A stretch of 55,957 nucleotides of DNA, the filler included, from Sphacelaria rigidula (taxonomy: Eukaryota), in the NCBI GenBank assembly GCA_964200075.2. It is 6 parts of 6 records of this genome, joined end to end, with 100 filler letters (N's around TTAATTAATTAA, not from the genome) between each part and the next. Parts side by side here need not be neighbours in the genome. Positions count along the whole stretch, not along the records: positions 1 to 9,243 come from CAXNAA020008945.1; positions 9,344 to 18,586 come from CAXNAA020008946.1; 4 more parts are not named here. One strand, 5' to 3'. The translations under genes and the position numbers were made by a program. The notes beneath the pieces were generated by a model that was not told the DNA's origin, did no database searches, and was given only the letters and a program-made list of their open reading frames with translations. Shown in pieces: positions 1 to 12,180 of the stretch (within the stretch, counting starts at the first letter, position 1; every line of letters starts with the position of its first letter).

Positions 1-60
1 GGCTTTTGAGTTGAACCTCATTTTTTTTTTCAACCCCATTTTCGAAAATCGGCTGTTTAT

Positions 61-281
61 TGTATGGCCACTTCCGCCGTGGCTGTGTTGGGAACCGGTT
101 TCGCGGTGAGGCTGAAGGATACTACTGTAGTGCAACGCGCTTGCAAAATCCGGGCCGTTTCTTTTTAATTTAGAACCCGCATCAGCTGTAGTTTGAATAT
201 CCCTCCTTACGGTCCCAAACAGGATTTGATCCAGCGACGGAAAGCGCTGGTACCCTCCCCCTCAGATAGGATTTGTGCAAC
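61..281 (+). repeat. Dispersed repeat, copy A (uninterrupted); inverted copy B is split into 2551-2711 and 8461-8530
   Basis: 121-281 matches the reverse complement of 2551-2712, and 61-128 matches the reverse complement of 8457-8530. Confidence 0.9.
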
Positions 282-378
282 AGTGGGGGTATTTGGGGAA
301 CATCGCTCGGAATGAAACATGTAGAGTAGTATTCGGGGGTATTGTAGTACATCTTTCCCTGTTTAAAATCGAAATTTC

Positions 379-2439
379 CAGGGGTCTACACGTTACACGT
401 GCCACAGCGTTATACGTTACGTTCACGTTACGTTTCGGCTGAAACGTAACGTGACCGTTATTTTTTTTTCACGTGATGAACGTAGCGTGAACGTAACGTT
501 GAAAGTTCAAATGAAACGTTTTTTTTTTAATGATCACGGTATACGTATGGTACTATTGCAGAAATTTCGCGCTCTCCCCACCACACGTCACAACCATAAC
601 ATCATAATCATCTCGACCACATTCAAGGCCACTTCTGGTGCATAAAAAAACACGTTGTCAGAAGCGCCGTTTCTCAACAGCACGATTTTCCACATAATTT
701 TTCAAAATAGCCTTTCTTACGTAGTCGACGCGCTGTCAAAATTGGAAACGCAGTCTTCATCGTTTTCTATGAGGTGTGCAGGCATAATTTCAAATTCTGG
801 GGCGCGCGAGATAGACGCAGCACTCTGCTGTCGTATCGTGGTTTACGGTTCGTATTAATTGTCTGTACTGCTGCGATACATTGCCTGAGCAATACATGGT
901 GGACTGCGTGACCCAAGACGATCAACACGAACACCGTCTTGCTGCACTAATAACTGACTGTAGAAGTGACGGTTGTACTTTTTCACTGCACGGTAGTACT
1001 TGACTGAAAGAAAAGCACGGACAAGAGTACACACAACAGTACTGTGTTGTATGCATTGGCTGAAAATTGCTTTGTGAGATTGAGAGTAGAACGCTGATTG
1101 AGAGTGGCTTTGTTTACTTGCTTCAACTTAGCCAACTATTCATTCCGTGTGCGCTTCTTCTCCCCTTCATCACTGGCGTGTGCTTGAAGCTACACGTCGT
1201 TATCCTACTCAACGATAATATCAAGGGCCTCAGTGGCAAGTTACTACAGAAAGCATATTGGGCCTCGTCGAGGGGCATTCCGGAACTGAAACGGGTAATT
1301 CACTAATTGACCGCTTTTCACTCTCAATCGTATCCCCTACTCTCAATCTCACGAAAACCTTGTTTGTAGTGATGGCTTGGCTGCCATAATCATTGCTGTC
1401 GCTGGTGCTCGCGGGCAGTCAGCGTGTTGCTTTATTGTCCTTCGCTCGCCAGTAGCGTGATGGCCTTTACCCCTTACCCCCAGGAGAACAAAACAGGGCA
1501 GGGTCCATGACGAGTGCTGTCTGACACTCTGTATGTAGGTTGCACAGTAATGTAGCTCAGTTCAGGTCTGTGCATGCAGCGTGTTGCAAACAGCACTCCA
1601 ATACCGTACAGACTGCCGAAGCACCCAAACCCTGTAGATACTACAGCAGTAGCACTACTGTTTATACTATGGTCTTGTGTGTACGGCCAGTGCGGTCCTG
1701 TCTCTACAAGTCTTGGGTGCGTGTGCAGTTTGTACTGCATCGTGAGTGCTGTTCGCATCACGCTGCAAGCACAGACCCGAACTGCGAGCTACAATACTGT
1801 CTGTGCAAACTACACATAGAGTGCTTGTATAGCACTCGTCATCGACCCTGCCCTGTGCTATTCTCATGATGTAAAGAGCTACAATGACACTGGCGAGCGA
1901 AGGACAATGAAGCAAGACGCTGACTACCTGCGAGCACCATCACCATTGTGTCGTGAGCTGAAGGGTGTGTTGGCGTGCGGCGGAATTTCAGACGCGTTCT
2001 CTGATCACACAAGAAGTGGCTTATCAGAAAACGCGTTTTTTTATAGAGTTTTTTTTACATGAGAACTAGCCGACGGGTCACCGTCAGCGTCACGTACACG
2101 GGAACATCACGCGTTAAACGACACGTTACAGCGTTAAATCACGGGTAAATGCGCCGCGACTTGCACACGATGACACGTTACATTCGAACGCTACACGTGT
2201 CAACGTAAGGTTAAATTAAACGTTACACGTGACACTGAAACGTTTCATATTACGTTACATGTGACAAAACGTAACGTTAATTCTTTTTAACGTGGTGAAC
2301 GTAACGTTAAATGTTCATATGAAACGATAACGTAACGTTCAATTTTACTCAACGTGGCATACGTAACGTAGCGTGAACGTTGAACATTTCTTACGTGATG
2401 AACGTAACGTGAACGTAACATGTAACGTGTAGACCCCTG
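379..2439. mobile_element. Non-autonomous hAT-type DNA transposon
   Basis: TIRs CAGGGGTCTACACGTTACA / TGTAACGTGTAGACCCCTG; identical 8-bp flanks GAAATTTC (371-378, 2440-2447); dense subterminal ACGTTAC/GTAACGT motifs at both ends; no transposase ORF. Confidence 0.85.
1403..1939. repeat. Imperfect foldback of about 540 bp nested in the hAT element
   Basis: Arms 1403-~1655 and ~1690-1939 are reverse complements (e.g. TTGTCCTTCGCTCGCCAGT / ACTGGCGAGCGAAGGACAA). Confidence 0.85.
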
Positions 2440-2711
2440 GAAATTTCCTTCCTTGAACACTTTATACTCGTTACAATGAACACCTGCTCTCCAAGAAAAC
2501 CATCCGTTTTTTGGCGGACTTACCCTGGAGTCTAATCCTAACCCTGCGAGGTTGTCACAAATCCTATCTGATGGGGAGGGTGCCAGCGCTTTCCGTCGAT
2601 GAACCAGACCCCGGTTGGGACCGTCAGGAGGGATATTCAAACCACAGCTGATGCAGGTTCTAAATCAAAAAGAAAAGGCCTGGATTTTGCAAGCGCGTTG
2701 CACTACAGTAG

Positions 2712-3114
2712 TGTCACGAATCACGTGGTGGATGTCTAGAGGTGAAGGGTGCCAGTTCGTGGGCACCCGAGTAGTCATCTCAAAAGACATGTAAGCACCA
2801 GGATCCGACCGAGTTCGATGATGATTATGCAGGCAAGATGGTTCAAAGTAACTCTCCACCTGCAGCGCATGCTCCAGGTAACACCAGCTGCAGGCAAGTC
2901 AGGCTTACTTTGGACGAAGACCAGCGACGCCTCTGATATCGCAGTCCATGGATGGCGTAAATGCTTCTTGTATTATCGGCGACAGGCTGCTGTACGTGCT
3001 GGGATCAATCCTAAAAGCTCTGTGAGAACATGGGTAGATAATCTGACACAAAGCATGACAAAAGTATGACACATGAGCGTAGTCGACTGGAAAATGGCCA
3101 ATAAATCCATGACA
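2712..3114 (-). repeat. 3' LTR (403 bp)
   Basis: Direct repeat of 8013-8460; preceded on the minus strand by a short purine-rich tract AAGGCTGGGGGCA (PPT-like). Confidence 0.93.
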
Positions 3115-4094
3115 TGCCCCCAGCCTTATATATAAGGCTAAACAAAAAAGATAAATGGCCTGGAGGGGCTGAAAAACGAACGAAGCCTGTGCATCAACGC
3201 CTGAAGATCAAACGAGAAAAACCTGCATAATTACAATGCAGGGGAAAACTCGATATCGAATGGATAGGTAAACCCTGTTAGACAGGGAAAAACTCCATCC
3301 GTTAGGAAAGGGAAACAATCTATAGCGCCCTTTCCAACGACAGAAACAGCAGACAAGTACGGTTGCTGCCGTTTTCCCGGGATCTCAGTTAGACCGGAGA
3401 ACTATTGGCTGGTTAGCTTAATCGCGCGTCGACACCCCGGATCAGTTACACTGGATTCTGGGGTAGTGCGGGGCTTGAACCTCGCTAAAAGCAACCTTTC
3501 CACGAACTGATCAACAGTTACAGGAGTGCAGCTTTCGAGGGGTACTGTTCTGTAACTTCTGACGCCTATTCTACTGGAAACAGAGCGCACGCGCCTTGGC
3601 TCACATATGTACCCGTATGTTACCAACTGGGGAGCAATATCTAACAAAGCGACAAGAAGGAAAAAGACAGGAACACTCGAAATTCATGACTGAAACTTAC
3701 GGTACCAGCGATACAGAGCTACTTTTTCACTTATTTCATCACCGCGTTCCTCTCGCGATGATATCATATACCACATCACACAACAGCTACTCGTAAACAT
3801 CGATGACTGCAGTCTATTCTTGGCTCCTCTGTTCCAGCTTAGGGTGCTTGAGTTCCCGGCGAGATAGCTCTTTCCAGTCTCCATCTTCGTATCGTACTCG
3901 CCGAAGCGATTCCCATAATCATACACTTGGCGCTTGAGCTGGGCACTGCTATAGCCTTTCCAGGAGGTAGCACCTATGGGCAAAAGTTTCAAGGCATCAC
4001 TACGTGGGGGAGCGGGGTGCTCCGAGTACGAGGGGAGGGTAGAAGAAACTGTGGGGGTGATGAAGGTGCAAAAGACTCATGGCGCAGTATGAAG

Positions 4095-4460
4095 CAATGG
4101 GTTGTGGGAAAATATATAGGAAACTGGGTTCAAACGAAAGGTGTGGGCGATGGTGAATATGACAGAAATGTGCCAATAGTGCGATGATGCTAGACGCGGA
4201 AATATCGAAATAATTGTATATTTTGCAAGGAGTTGCCCCAGGATGTACGTTATCACCCACTCTACTCGAGGTATTCATTGATGCCCTGATATTGGCATTA
4301 GACACAGCAAAGCAAGGGGTGAAGTTCATGAAGAAATTGGAAACAGTACGGATGACAGCAGCTAAGAGAATACTTGGGTGCAATGAAGTTGGCGAATAAG
4401 TTGGGAACAGTACAGATGACAGCAGCTAAGGAAATTACTTGGATGCTCGAAACAAATGAG
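4095..4460 (+). pseudogene. Internally deleted non-LTR (LINE) reverse transcriptase fragment nested in the LTR element
   Basis: Reads GLWENI*ETG..., CANSAMMLDAEISK*LYILQGVAPGCTLSPTLLEVFIDALILALDTAKQGV (QGxxQGxxLSP motif), joined directly to KKLETVRMTAAKRILGC, which is duplicated. Confidence 0.85.
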
Positions 4461-5139
4461 TATGCCCTCCCCCCCTTGAAATCTTCCCCTTTTCCCCACC
4501 CTTCATTGCCTTAAACAACGTAGAGTTCTCGACAATACAACACGGTGACAAATTCAGGTAATGCAATCCAACACGGTGGCAAATTCAGGGGTCAGGTGGA
4601 ATGTGGGTGTCATTCTCTAGTTCGATCCCCCCAATGTGGGACGCAAACACTTCAGCTATGGACTGTTCTAGATGGGGTGGACGGATATGGAAGGGACTTT
4701 TTACTTTTGAGACAGCTGTAGTATGTGTGTAATGCTCACGGCCAGTCCAGAACTCGAAGGGAAACGTGTCAGACGGTAGCATGGCGTCGGATCGTCGGGT
4801 GGGGTGCGATTGCCCAAGAGTATGCATGAAACATACTCTCTCTTTCTCTGAGGCCAAGATTTTTACAGTGCCGTGAATATTTCAGAAGCCATGCCCCCAA
4901 TTCCTCGAATCCTGTAAAACTGTAGACATAATCATGGAGAAAATAAAATAAACAAGGCATGCTGAATAAAGTATGATAATGAGATACGATGTACTAAATA
5001 CACAGAGACGAAGCACAGAAATGACAAGAAAGATTACCTCACATGCATGAGCTGTACATTGATGGTTGTTAGGTGGGTCCCAAGTTCGTGTGCCATATCC
5101 TAGCTAAGCCATTATGAGGAGACCGCATTGTGGTATAAA

Positions 5140-5280
5140 ATCGTGTAGTCGACAAACGTTGCCGGGGAAAGTTGGGTGAGCAACACCTCGGTCGAGAAGT
5201 TTATGAATTTCTTCTCTGATCATGCCGTGTTTTTATGTTAGGAGGTCGCGTTGTTTTGTGGCAAAGGGTGTGCACGCTGT
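5140..5280 (-). pseudogene. Ty3/gypsy reverse transcriptase N-terminal remnant
   Basis: Reads ACTPFATKQRDLLT*KHGMIREEIHKLLDRGVAHPT, then after a deletion/frameshift FVDY; resembles the gypsy RT start (..EI.KLL..GVI.PS...CVDYR). Confidence 0.7.
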
Positions 5281-6185
5281 ACAGCGACCATCAAGACAGT
5301 AGGAACTCGTACTTCGCCCCCCCCAAGGGGGTTCAGCTACCACATCAGCGAAATAAATGTCTAAAAACTATATGTAGGGCCTGTGAGAACCGTCAAAGAC
5401 AAGATATATAGTGGCGCAGTTAACTTGCATGGTACGCTGGGCATAAAGGGCAGAAAGGCAAAATAGGGAACTACGTACGTCTACGTACTGAATAAGTAAT
5501 GACAAGGCAATGCACGGGAAGATGAGTGGCAGCTTGATATCGAAAACCAAGTTTGAAGCAACTGAACAATGTAGTATCCAACTACGGTACAGGGTGCGAC
5601 AAGAAGTCAACCTGGTGAATAGCAAACCATAAAATCGATTACCAGTGTGGGATAAAATGGGGATCCTGTTTAGTGGCACCAAGGTACTAACCCTGCTACC
5701 AGAATGCTATAAAAAGGTACCCGGGATTAGCTAAACCAAACCCAATTGCAAACACTCCACGCGAGAACATACCGTCGTTGGCAAACCGTTCAGTGTTTCC
5801 TGCGTGTCCTCCCCAACGCAATGACGTTTAGCGCCGGTTCCCTCATCGGGATGCGACACACCCAGGACAAGAGTGTAGGTGAAACAAGGGCGGAAGCAAT
5901 AGAGGGCATGGTTAGTATACGTTGGAAGTCTTGGGCTACATGAAATTTGAGTCGGTTTTCTACCACGTGACGCAGATCGAAATGTCCTGCGCCGGGCGGT
6001 AAATTCGACATTTCGGCATTGCGAACCAGACAGATGAAACGATTAGAAGCGGAACCCTGCTCAAGCATGATGAATACAGGCAGCGCAGCAGACAGGGCCC
6101 TGCGGATAGCCTACACCCGCACGGCCAAAGCAAAAAATCATGAGCGCTAAACACAATACAAAATTACCAGAACATGAAATGAAAA

Positions 6186-6435
6186 GACACTTTCTACGAT
6201 AGACCCCCCCCCCCAAACCAGCCCAAAAGTCTCACGAAAAAAATGGCCATCCAGCGCCCGATGTTTGGCTTCAAGCTGCATGAAGCGCCTCATATTGGCA
6301 ACATTGGCGAGAACGAGCCTAAGTGTGGGAGTGCCCAGCTGCTCGTTGTGCTCGGCTCTTCCCACTTCGATTTACGTGAAGATTTTTCCTCCCAGAACCA
6401 TGCACTTTTGGGGGGGGGCTATCGTAGAAAGTGTC
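6186..6435. mobile_element. MITE of about 250 bp (family also at 27129-27395)
   Basis: TIR GACACTTTCTACGATAG(C)n / (G)nCTATCGTAGAAAGTGTC; the adjacent uninterrupted tandem unit (~6510-6540) implies a 4-bp AAAA TSD. Confidence 0.85.
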
Positions 6436-7024
6436 AAAAATAGTGCGGCTCTACAGAGCAAGACGACGGCGGCGCAAGTGATAAGACAATCAAAATAAAA
6501 TACAAAAGTTTCAGAACATGAAATGAAAAATGGTGCAGCTCGAAAGAGCAAGACGACGGCGGCGCAAAATTATGAAGCACTCAGAATACAATCGAGTGGC
6601 TCAAAAGAAAGTTACGGTAGACACGACACCCGGAGATGCAGACAATATAAGTATGTAAGATGAAAGAAAAGTAAACAAGATCGAAATAAATTGGAAGCTT
6701 TACTGCATGTGCATTCCACAAATACCCATGGCCACAATAATAATGCAACCCCGGAAACAAAGTACATACTGATCATGGTGGGTTGATTGTCCCAATTCAA
6801 TATGCAACAAAAACACCGAAATTTTATGGAGTATGCCTGGAACACGATCATTGCTGGTCAGGTACAGCGGTGATGTTATGGGTGAACAGGTGTAGGTCAG
6901 GCGAAGGTGATACAATGCAGGCGACAATGACAAAAACTGTGCGTTCAGATCAAAGCAAGGTACAAAATGATGGGAACATAAGGGCGGAAAATACGCGCAC
7001 ATATGACAACATGCGATGCGATAG

Positions 7025-7420
7025 CAAGCAAGAAACGTACACAGCAACAACAACAACAACAACAAGCAACAACATGCAACAACAAAGGCAGCGGAAAAGC
7101 AGCAACAGTAACGACGACACAGCCACGCGTAGGAAACACAACGACGGCAGGCAGCAACAGCACACCAGTGCGTCGAGCAGCAGCAGCACCGCAATAAGGG
7201 CAACGCAACACCGACACGGCCTCAACAAACAACAGCGGAACGGCGGTACGGCAGCGCGAGCAACATCACAAAACAACAGCACAGCCGTGCGGCGGGCAGC
7301 AGCAACAAACAGCAGCGGCACGGCAGCGACGAGCAACAGCACAGAACAACAACACAGCCGTGTGGCGAAGACATCACAGCAGCACGGATAGACACCACGG
7401 CCATGTGTAGCAGCAGCCCC
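7025..7420. repeat. CAA/CAG-rich low-complexity tract
   Basis: Runs of CAA and CAG; explains the long spurious ORFs on both strands. Confidence 0.9.
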
Positions 7421-7997
7421 CAGAAGCCCTGAAGAGTAGCCCTCTCCATCATGCAGCCCGAAGTAAAATGACGAGTTCGCCGGGATGAAAAATTGTAGCA
7501 CCTCCTGATGATGCTCGTACAGATGCTCGTACATGTTCTCGTACCGACCGTATTTGCCTTTCATTCCATTATATATCGGCTTAGGTCATCGTGCTTTGAA
7601 CGTCTGGTTACCTCCGTCATATCGTAAGGCGCGACACTGTTGAGAAGCTGGTTCTGATCACCCGATGATCTGTTTGTGAATGAGTACGGGATAATTATGC
7701 AGCGGGCGGGAAACGGAGCACAGGGCACCCACGGCGCAAAACCAGGGAGGAACAAAGGGTACCACGGGACAAGAACAAACTACATAGCCTATGCTCAACT
7801 TCTCATGCTCAACGTACGTATGGTAAGTAGACGACAGAGCGAAAGAGTGCAAGAGCCGAAGCAGGATACATGGCACATTGATGTTGCAGTGCAGATGAAA
7901 CCCATGACGCTATAACACCCCCCCCCCAAAAAAAGATATTTCGGTTGTTTTTGGTGGGACGTCGCCGGGGGTGACACCATCGTCACGCAAGTAACTT

Positions 7998-8012
7998 ATG
8001 GGCCGGACACCA
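7998..8012 (-). promoter_or_regulatory. Primer-binding site of the LTR element
   Basis: TGGTGTCCGGCCCAT immediately follows the 5' LTR on the minus strand (TGG complements tRNA CCA); primer tRNA not identified. Confidence 0.65.
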
Positions 8013-8460
8013 TGTCACGAATCACGTGGTGGATGTCTAGAGGTGAAGGGTGCCAGTTCGTGGGCACCCGAGTAGTCATCTCAAAAGACATGTTGTAAGC
8101 ACCAGGATCCGACCGAGTTCGATGATGATTATGCAGGCAAGATGGTTCAAAGTAACTCTCTACCTGCAGCGCATGCTCCAGGTAACACCAGCTGCAGGCA
8201 AGTCAGGCTTACTTTGGACGAAGACCAGCGACGCCTCTGATATCGCAGTCCATGGATGGCGTAAATGCTTCTTGTATTATCGGCGACAGGCTGCTGTACG
8301 TGCTGGGATCAATCCTAAAAGCTCTGTGAGAACATGGGTAGATAATCTGACACAAAGCATGACAAAAGTATGACACTGGGTAAATAATCTGACACAAAGC
8401 ATGACAAAAGTATGATACATGAGCGTAGTCGACTGGAAAATGGCCAATAAATCCATGACA
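8013..8460 (-). repeat. 5' LTR (448 bp; extra 3-bp insertion and 42-bp internal tandem duplication)
   Basis: Direct repeat of 2712-3114; about 2 substitutions seen by eye outside the indels. Confidence 0.93.
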
Positions 8461-8617
8461 GTAGTATCCTTCAACAGCCCACCGCAGAACCGGTTCTCAA
8501 CACAGCCACGGCGGAAGTGACCATGCAAGGCGTGATAGCTGATTCAGACTGGATGAAGCGCCTCGCATGGGCACTACTGGCGAAACAGCCCCAAGCGTGG
8601 GACTAACCCTTACCCCC

Positions 8618-8690
8618 GTTGTGTGTGTGTGCAGCTTTATTGTAGGGCGTCCATTTGATCCAACTGGCCAATGTACCGTAGTGATGCTGA
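8618..8690 (-). mobile_element. Probable 3' end of a LINE/SINE
   Basis: Minus strand ends ...CCCTACAATAAAGCTGCACACACACAC (AATAAA plus a (CA)n tail). Confidence 0.45.
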
Positions 8691-9243
8691 ACGCTGGTGA
8701 TGGTATATCTCAGCAGACTGCTGAATGCTGCCGCGTTTCAAAGATCGTTGGCGTCTGCCGCCGCATTGGATCGTTTCGTTGACGGCGATCGTCGCCGGCG
8801 CAACAGTATGAAGTCTCTCTCAGATACTCAGCAAGAGGCGCTCGAAAACTCGATGACTAGTCCAAACAAGTGTGTTTTCAGCATGCTTTGTTACGTTTTC
8901 CGGAGCGCGTAGACGCAGGGGTTGTTCAAAAGATGCGGCACAATGAATGACGGTGGGTTTTCTGTTGGACAGCTCATCATCATGCTTTCGCTGCCGTGCA
9001 GAAACTTCTGGGATAGGGTTACATGGTCGAAAGCGGTTGCGAATCCCAAGCCTTTTGGACAAAGCGAATGAAATTTCGATGGTCCGTCGAACCTCAATTG
9101 AATGTTGAACCTCAGAGCCGAATCCAGGCTGTTTAAGTGTGAATGTAAATGTACTACTCAATATATACTCTCCCCCGCTTTTTGAGCGGAGTTCTGGTCT
9201 GTTTGCGGGGGGGGGGGGGGGGGGGTTAAAAAAAAAAGAGAGG

Positions 9244-9343
9244 NNNNNNNNNNNNNNNNNNNNNNNNNNNNNNNNNNNNNNNNNNNNTTAATTAATTAAN
9301 NNNNNNNNNNNNNNNNNNNNNNNNNNNNNNNNNNNNNNNNNNN
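9244..9343. other. Artificial contig-joining spacer 1
   Basis: 44 N + TTAATTAATTAA (stops in all six frames) + 44 N. Confidence 0.98.
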
Positions 9344-9358
9344 ACCCTGTCACTAAAC

Positions 9359-9626
9359 GGCCCATTATACGGCCAATACTTGGAGTTGGACCCTGAAATT
9401 TGGTATGGACAATGAGTTGGACATGATAAAAAAAATTACTGGCGTACACAAGGTTTGTTTTTTTTCATGAGTTGAGGGCAATAATCAGTTTTCAGATATC
9501 GGTAAAATGCCCCCAACTCTTGAAAAAAAAAACTTGTGTACGCCAGTAATGTTTTTCATTATGCCCTACTCATTGTCCATACCAAATTTCGGTTTCCAGC
9601 TCCAAGTATTGGCCGTATAATGGGCC
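9359..9626. repeat. Foldback module with arms of about 120 bp; a second copy at ~10723-12000 is split by a piggyBac-like insertion
   Basis: GGCCCATTATACGGCCAATACTTGGAG / CTCCAAGTATTGGCCGTATAATGGGCC; related sequence also at ~10200-10500, ~21170-21440 and ~22100-22330. Confidence 0.85.
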
Positions 9627-10819
9627 TGCAAACTGCAGAAGCGCTTCTCGGCTGGCCCAGCTCGTATGCATTTGCTGTATGAGCACGGCTGGATTCCTGG
9701 CGTATCATGCATCAGTTAATGTGCGACAAACAACCAAATACACAACCACACAAAAGCACCCAGTAAGACATTTCACCTTACTCATGTACGACGATAGGTA
9801 CGAGCTGGGCCAGCCCAAAAATGGATTTAAGCTCTCAAAGCAATATCTCATCGGCACAGACGAGTTGGGCCGTGATCCGCATATCGTATTCTTCGTCCAA
9901 TTGAGGAAAAAGTGTCCATCTGCTCAAAACTCTGGGCCAATATTTTCTCGTTCATTAAACCCCATGTCTAGTAATTCCTATACCGTACGGAAATAGCGTC
10001 CACACTAAATTCTATATGTAAACCCGAACGATGAATTCAGCGGATGATGACGATTTATGGTGTAGACCTTCCCTGGAGCACGGGGAGACAATATATACCC
10101 TCACCTCCACCTAATTCGTGATCTATCTCGAGATATGACGCATATAAGTTGCTATAACAAAACCAATATATTACGAGCAGAGACACTAGATACCCTTAAC
10201 CTGGATATCGCGTCTCATTTTATGAGAGTTGTGCTATGAAAAATTGGTATGGAGAACCGCTAATGCATGATGAAACAAACAAAATCAATTTTCACCATTT
10301 TTTCGGGGGTTTTTCATTTTTTTCGGGGGGTTTTCGCGTTTTTAGTGGAGCTTTCAGGAGAAATGAACATTGCTCTCCGGCCTTATCTCAAATATTCAGC
10401 TCAACTTTTATAATTGTGATTTGAAATTTGGCATGGAGAACCACGATGGTGTGCCCAATAAAATAAAATGGGCCTTCAATATATTTTTTCATGAAGGTTA
10501 GGGCGTTGTCGTGAAAAAAAATATTTTTACGACACTAGAACGCCCTTAACCAACCAAAAAAAAAAAATGACCTACTGAGCTTTGTATATTATGCCCCAGC
10601 GAGGGCTCACACAAAATTTCAACACACAAAAGCCAAACGTGGGCCGATGAGTGGCCTGGGAAATACTGTTCCGAATTTATACCGACCCGGTTTCAAAGGG
10701 CGAATTTGCCGGCAACTATTTAGAGTTGGAGCGTAAAATTTGGTATAGAAAAATGCAATGCATAGGGAAAAAAAAAAAAAACGAGTGTACCAAAAGGGTT
10801 TTTTATTTTCATGAGTTGA

Positions 10820-11855
10820 TCCTTTTGGGACCAGACCCCCACCATCACAGGGTTGACCCTGTGTTAGTGGGATAATACAAAATAAGTCTTCGAGCGACCT
10901 GCCCAATCAAGGCGAGGCGAAAATTATCGACCAGATCCAAACGACCAGCGCGGGGATTGTTGTCGGGTGTGATGCCACTGCAAAGATCGTAAGGGGGTCC
11001 CATCCCTGGCGCAGATAAGCCTCCCTAGGTTTCCAAGTGCAGGGTGGTCGCAGCTTAGTATGTGCTATTACTTGCACTCAGTATACCGTTCCCGAGTTTT
11101 TCCGGAGTGTTTTTTGGGCCCCAATTCTATACTGAAACGTAGTAATTTACACCAACACAGGGTGGACCAGAAAAAACCGGGAAGGAGTGTACATGCCACC
11201 ACGCGGTCATTTTCACGAGGCACAAAATCCAGGTGGGCTGTGGAAAGACAGAAGGAGCTACCGTAATGAATTCTGCGTATCCCTCTGCCGATGACTTGCA
11301 GCGTGTAGTCCACATTTATGTAGTGGACGGGGTTGATAAAGCTGTATATAGGCAGCTGATTTCGGTAGCTGAGAATTGCCCAGAACGTGCAAGGGAGTAC
11401 GCAGCAGCAGCTTCTGCTTCAGTCGGAGAGGCGTACTGCACTGTACTGTACTATACTGTTGTATGCATGCGCGCCGCAATGCTGATACCCTTCGAAGAGA
11501 ATTTGCCGCATGCAACAAGAGGATAAATGGCGGCCCACCCGACTACAAAGTGCTGTATGGCAAGGTGATGGGGACAAAAGTATCATCCGAAACCACAAGT
11601 GGCGGGCGGCCCGCCGGTCGCCGCATCCTGTTGAAAGCTGTCTACCACGACCCATACTGCTTGCTACATCAGATGTACACTACCTAATGTGCATCCTGCA
11701 CCCGAAAATAGATTGGATGAAACTTTCGGTCTTCGTCATCACCCTGCGGTTACATACGCGGATTTTCAGCAACACGCCACGGTTTCGTGCATACGTCAGA
11801 CACGTCATTCCTGACCAGCCTAATTGGTCGTTCTGGAGGCCCGGTCCCAAAAGGG
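10820..11855. mobile_element. Non-autonomous piggyBac-like element
   Basis: TIR TCCTTTTGGGACC / GGTCCCAAAAGGG flanked by TTGA and TTAA; removing it restores CATGAGTTGAGGGCAAT seen intact at ~9466-9482; weak transposase-like remnant (VHIYVVDGVDKAVYRQL). Confidence 0.8.
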
Positions 11856-12180
11856 TTAAGGGCAATTATCAGTTTTCAGGTATCAGTAAAATGTCTTCAA
11901 GTCATGAAAAAAAAAAAGCTTTTGGTACACTCGTAACTTTTTCCCCCCTGTGCATTGTCCATACCAAACTTCAGGTTCCAACTATAAATATTGGTCGGGA
12001 CCTGCAAGCTACAAATTCGCCTCTAGGCTGGCCCAGCTCGTATAGTATAAGCGGATCTGAATTTTAAACCAGAAAAAATGAAATCTCCAAACGAACTCAC
12101 CTCGTATTTATTCACGCATGAGGTTCTTGTCCCGTATTTTTGAAACACAAACGTTGCGCTTCAGACATTCAACAGCCCGT

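Larger units (their letters stand above)
2712..8460 (-). mobile_element. Non-autonomous (internally decayed) Ty3/gypsy LTR retrotransposon
   Basis: Two near-identical LTRs with TGTCA...TGACA ends; 4-bp TSD GTAG (2708-2711, 8461-8464); PBS-like TGG next to the right LTR; gypsy RT remnant on the minus strand; interrupts repeat copy B. Confidence 0.92.

Noticed and set aside
2749-3069. Duplicated 106/107-aa ORF (also 8050-8373)
   Set aside because: Lies inside the LTRs, has a GTG start and no domain; the duplication reflects LTR identity
6700-7564. Long ORFs (167-204 aa) on both strands
   Set aside because: Produced by stop-poor CAA/CAG low-complexity sequence
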